Of a stretch of 18,068 nucleotides of DNA, positions 12,788-18,068 are shown piece by piece. The first letter of the stretch is position 1, and each line of letters starts with the position of its first letter. The notes under the pieces are model-generated. The model did no database searches, was not told where the DNA came from, and saw nothing but the letters and a program-made list of their open reading frames with translations. The stretch covers positions 1-18,068 of the forward strand of contig CAKOMC010000028.1 of the NCBI GenBank assembly GCA_934096535.1, given 5' to 3'. The translations under genes were made by a program, and so were the position numbers. This DNA is from an uncultured Bacilli bacterium. GTDB taxonomy: Bacteria; Bacillota_I; Bacilli_A; RF39; UBA660.

Positions 12788-14827
12788 CTACTCCTTAAGA
12801 CTATTTTCTTGCTTTTTGATTTTCATATCTTCAACTGCTTCGTTTAAAGCGTCTTCGACTAATTTTTTATCACTATCAATCATACTATGACCAATAGATG
12901 CCCCAAAATCATATGGCATATTTTTTAATTCTTTGGTTAATTTTTTTATGTAACTAACAACTTGTCTTTCATCATAACCAACTAAGTAGATTAAGAATTC
13001 AGTTCCATCAGTACGAACAATATCACTATTATCTAGTTGAGTTCTAATTAAGATATTGGCCGCAGCTTTAATTTGGGCATCACCCTTTTCATAACCTAGG
13101 GTATCATTAATTTCTTGAATACGATTTAAATCTACAACCACCATAGCTTGCGGATAAATAGTATTCTTATTCCAAGATGAGGCATTTTCCATTAAATAAT
13201 TACGATTCTTTAATGAAGTTAATTGGTCAATATATCTAATTTTTTCTTCTTTTTTAATTTTTTTCGATATTTTAATTTTTCTTGCTCTTTTAAATAAGAT
13301 ATAAATTAAAACTACAAAGACTATTAAAAAATATAAAATATATTTAGCAATAGTTCCTAAAATAGTCCCACTATCTAAGGTTGTTTTATAACTATTTAAG
13401 CCATCAATTCTTATAATACTTGCATCACTTAAAGTTATATAAGCTTTAAATAGTTTCGTAAAGGCATTATTTTCTCTAAGTTTAAAAGTATATGGAGTAT
13501 TAAGACTACCCGTATATCTTGGACTATAATCTTTTAAAGTTGTACTAGCTACATCTAAATAAGTATCATAGTCAACAACCGCAATAATGTCATTATTAGC
13601 TAATGATTTTAACTCACTAGTCTTTTTATAAGTCTTTAAGTCAATCCCATTAATATTTTTCAAATTCTCATAGATAATACTATCTTGCATAACATAAACA
13701 GTCTTATTTTGTAAAGAGTTTAAGGAATTAACAACTAAGTTATTTTTACGACTAGCTATAACATAATATTTAATATCCATATTAGTAGTAATAGTTTCAT
13801 AATTATTAGTTAAGTTATAATAATTAAAGTATAAATCTATTGAATTATTATTAATAGCATTTGTTAATTGTTTATAAGTACGATATTTAATATATTTAAA
13901 ATCAACATCCGCCATTTCACTAAAGTTTTTTAAGTAAATAGAGACAATTCCCCCATAGTTACCCCCTAAAATAATTTCATAAGGGTTATTATTAACAAAA
14001 CCATAGTTATAAATACGAGATTTAATTTCTTTTTGTTCAACTTCGCTTAATTTAATACTCTTAACAATAGTATTTTTTAAATTAGTATTAAAGGCATTTT
14101 TATATTTTTTATTTTGCCATTTACTATAATATTTCTTAATAATACTACTAAAATTATCATCTAACATATAGTAACCATAATATTTTTTAATATCACTAAA
14201 TTCATAAACAATACTATAGTTATTTTCTAAGGTTTCCCCGGCAAATTCGTATTTAGGTACAATAATATATTCTAAGTCTTTTTTGAAGGCTTCTTTTAAA
14301 GTTTCATAAGTATCATATTCTTTAAATTCTATATTACTATCTTCCTTAAAATAGCTCTTGATATAATCAAGGTCTTTTTTTAAGACTCCGACTTTAATAT
14401 TTTTAATAGCTTCTAGATTATTATAATATACATAATCTTTTTTAATTAATGCGTAGTTATCAGCATAAAATTCCACAAATTTATCGTTTTTAGTATTAGT
14501 GGTAATAAATCCACTAGTAGCACTTTCATCTTTACTCGTATAAGTTACAGGATTGATTTTAAGATTATACTCTTTACCTAAATCATTTAAAAAGTCATAA
14601 AAGATACCAGTCCCACCATTACCAAAGATATCTAAATCATTAATAACATTAACATTTAAAACGGTCGATAGGTTATTATTTATCCATTTATTTTCTTCAA
14701 CTGTCAGTTTATTTTCATCATTTAAGATATGGACAACCACTAAAGATACGATTGTTATAATGATAATACCTAAAAAGGACGCAAAAATCAGTCTTACTTT
14801 TTTGGCCATACTATTCACCATCATCAC
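12788..14827 (-). CDS. Membrane sensor with large extracytoplasmic region and C-terminal degenerate GGDEF domain
   Basis: 679-aa ORF with an N-terminal TM, ~480 aa of extracytoplasmic sequence, and a second TM (ILGTIAKYILYFLIVFVVLIYIL). These are followed by DQLTSLKNRNYL...VVVDLNRIQEINDTLGYEKGDAQI...RTDGTEFLIYL, a GGDEF fold whose signature reads DGTEF. The likely true start is ATG 14809 (MAKKV..), preceded by GGTGA. Confidence 0.75.
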   Translation of the reverse strand: MMMVNSMAKKVRLIFASFLGIIIITIVSLVVVHILNDENKLTVEENKWINNNLSTVLNVNVINDLDIFGNGGTGIFYDFLNDLGKEYNLKINPVTYTSKDESATSGFITTNTKNDKFVEFYADNYALIKKDYVYYNNLEAIKNIKVGVLKKDLDYIKSYFKEDSNIEFKEYDTYETLKEAFKKDLEYIIVPKYEFAGETLENNYSIVYEFSDIKKYYGYYMLDDNFSSIIKKYYSKWQNKKYKNAFNTNLKNTIVKSIKLSEVEQKEIKSRIYNYGFVNNNPYEIILGGNYGGIVSIYLKNFSEMADVDFKYIKYRTYKQLTNAINNNSIDLYFNYYNLTNNYETITTNMDIKYYVIASRKNNLVVNSLNSLQNKTVYVMQDSIIYENLKNINGIDLKTYKKTSELKSLANNDIIAVVDYDTYLDVASTTLKDYSPRYTGSLNTPYTFKLRENNAFTKLFKAYITLSDASIIRIDGLNSYKTTLDSGTILGTIAKYILYFLIVFVVLIYILFKRARKIKISKKIKKEEKIRYIDQLTSLKNRNYLMENASSWNKNTIYPQAMVVVDLNRIQEINDTLGYEKGDAQIKAAANILIRTQLDNSDIVRTDGTEFLIYLVGYDERQVVSYIKKLTKELKNMPYDFGASIGHSMIDSDKKLVEDALNEAVEDMKIKKQENSLKE

Positions 14828-15296
14828 TTACCGGATTGTTATTGTTCCAGATTAAGTTTGTACCATTAACATTTTTAGAACCCATGATAGTAAAGCCATC
14901 ACTGGATTCATCCTTAGCACTTACTAAGGTAAAATGAATGTCATAAAAGCCTTTTTCCTCATTACTAAATTGCTCTAAAGTTTTAGCCGCTACCGCCTTT
15001 GATGTAGTAAGATCAGCCCCAGCTTTAAAAACAATACGAATATAAATGATTTTACCACTTACTTCAACTTTAGCATCATCGACATTTTTACCTTCTTTAA
15101 TGCTATTTACAAGACTTTCTTTTTTAGTATCATTAATCTCTACGGCCTCAATACCATCTAAACGATCACCATATTTAGACCCTCCATTGCCAAAGTAAAA
15201 GTACTTAAGTAATAAGGCAACGCTAATACCAATACAAGCGATAATTATTAAAACCATGAAACAAATTGCTTTATTATTACGAATAAATTTTTTCAA
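14811..15296 (-). CDS. Small membrane-anchored hypothetical protein
   Basis: 161-aa ORF with a TTG start at 15296 preceded by AAGAGGTG. It has an N-terminal TM (AICFMVLIIIACIGISVALLL) and no recognisable motif. Confidence 0.55.
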   Translation of the reverse strand: MKKFIRNNKAICFMVLIIIACIGISVALLLKYFYFGNGGSKYGDRLDGIEAVEINDTKKESLVNSIKEGKNVDDAKVEVSGKIIYIRIVFKAGADLTTSKAVAAKTLEQFSNEEKGFYDIHFTLVSAKDESSDGFTIMGSKNVNGTNLIWNNNNPVSDDGE

Positions 15297-15336
15297 AATT
15301 ACACCTCTTTCTGTAAATTGATTATACTATATATTT

Positions 15337-17364
<2,028 letters not shown>

Positions 17365-17388
17365 TTATTTTATCACTTTTTAGGAACT

Positions 17389-17417
17389 TAAAAAAGTACA
17401 AAGGACTAACTTTGTAC
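17389..17417 (-). terminator. Rho-independent terminator upstream of ligA
   Basis: 8-bp stem GTACAAAG (17396..17403) / CTTTGTAC (17410..17417), followed on the - strand by TTTTTT. Confidence 0.6.
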
Positions 17418-17471
17418 CCAATTTCAATATGATTTTTATACCCCAGAATATTTTATTAAACACTTTATTAC

Positions 17472-18068
17472 TTAATGAAGTTCCCATAAAGGATCATGAT
17501 AAGTCATTGCCAAATTGCGTTTATGTTCAGCCTGAATAGTTCTATCTAAATTTTGCATACCAACTCTATATTGTCTTTGTAATAATTGAAATTTAACATA
17601 CCTAATAACCGGTTTTGGCGAATCACTTACAAGTTCAAGACAGTCTGCAATTTTTTCTTCTGACCCCGAAACAATATCTTCAAATAACTCATCGGCCTCG
17701 CATCGTTTTAAATCGGACAATTTTTGAAGAATTAACTTTTCAATGCTATTAGTTAAATATTTATCAATTAGTCTATAATCTGCATCATTCCATCTTTTCT
17801 TAGGATATTTTTTTAAAACTTTTAAAAGTTCTAATTCTTCCTGATAGCGATCTAAGATTTCTCGTTCTTTTTTATTTACCTTAGAAGCCTTCTTTGCTCC
17901 TATTCTTTTAATATTTTCTTTTTCATATTCACTTATATATGATAGCCAGAAACACCATTCCTTAATCAAATTATCAATGTTCATAAACAACATTAAATCA
18001 GGACTTTCAATCATTATGACATCGCTATTTTTTCTCATTTCTTTAATAATCATATCATTTATACTCAT
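17472..18068 (-). CDS. Hypothetical protein (may extend beyond the window edge)
   Basis: An open frame of 198 codons reaches the window end. I recognise no motif in it. Confidence 0.4.
   Translation of the reverse strand: MSINDMIIKEMRKNSDVIMIESPDLMLFMNIDNLIKEWCFWLSYISEYEKENIKRIGAKKASKVNKKEREILDRYQEELELLKVLKKYPKKRWNDADYRLIDKYLTNSIEKLILQKLSDLKRCEADELFEDIVSGSEEKIADCLELVSDSPKPVIRYVKFQLLQRQYRVGMQNLDRTIQAEHKRNLAMTYHDPLWELH

Overview
Strongly AT-rich bacterial chromosomal segment that reads with the standard code (Trp = TGG, long ORFs intact) and looks Firmicutes/Mollicutes-like. The left edge holds the 3' end of rpsD (+). The right 7.5 kb is all on the - strand: a YcxB-like membrane protein, a YihY/BrkB-family protein, a degenerate-GGDEF membrane sensor, a small anchored protein, the NAD-dependent DNA ligase LigA and an unknown ORF. 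The centre is a diversity-generating retroelement (DGR), also on the - strand. It comprises an avd-like gene (8641..9012) overlapping a DGR-type reverse transcriptase (7482..8681; IGNMTSQ and YMDD motifs), a 125-aa MutS-domain-I-like ORF (7094..7471), and a 675-aa membrane-anchored target protein (4968..6995). The target's C-terminal variable repeat (VR, 5043..5155) ends in a GC-rich GGTGCCCGCCCAG element. No template repeat lies next to the RT. Instead, 232..3262 carries seven tandem ~420-440-bp units on the same strand. Each unit has its own -10 box, a non-conserved leader, a 110-113-nt VR-homologous template repeat (TR1-TR7), a conserved ~180-nt 3' module and its own terminator hairpin. TR4 (1810..1922) differs from the VR at 11 positions, all of them TR adenines. 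The other six TRs differ from the VR and from each other at non-adenine positions too, and TR3 is one codon shorter. The DGR core is bracketed by inverted paralogous PD-(D/E)XK (Rpn/PDDEXK_2-like) putative transposase genes with near-identical 5' regions, and a decayed third copy is also present. The multi-TR cassette array feeding one visible VR is the feature I consider most likely to be new.
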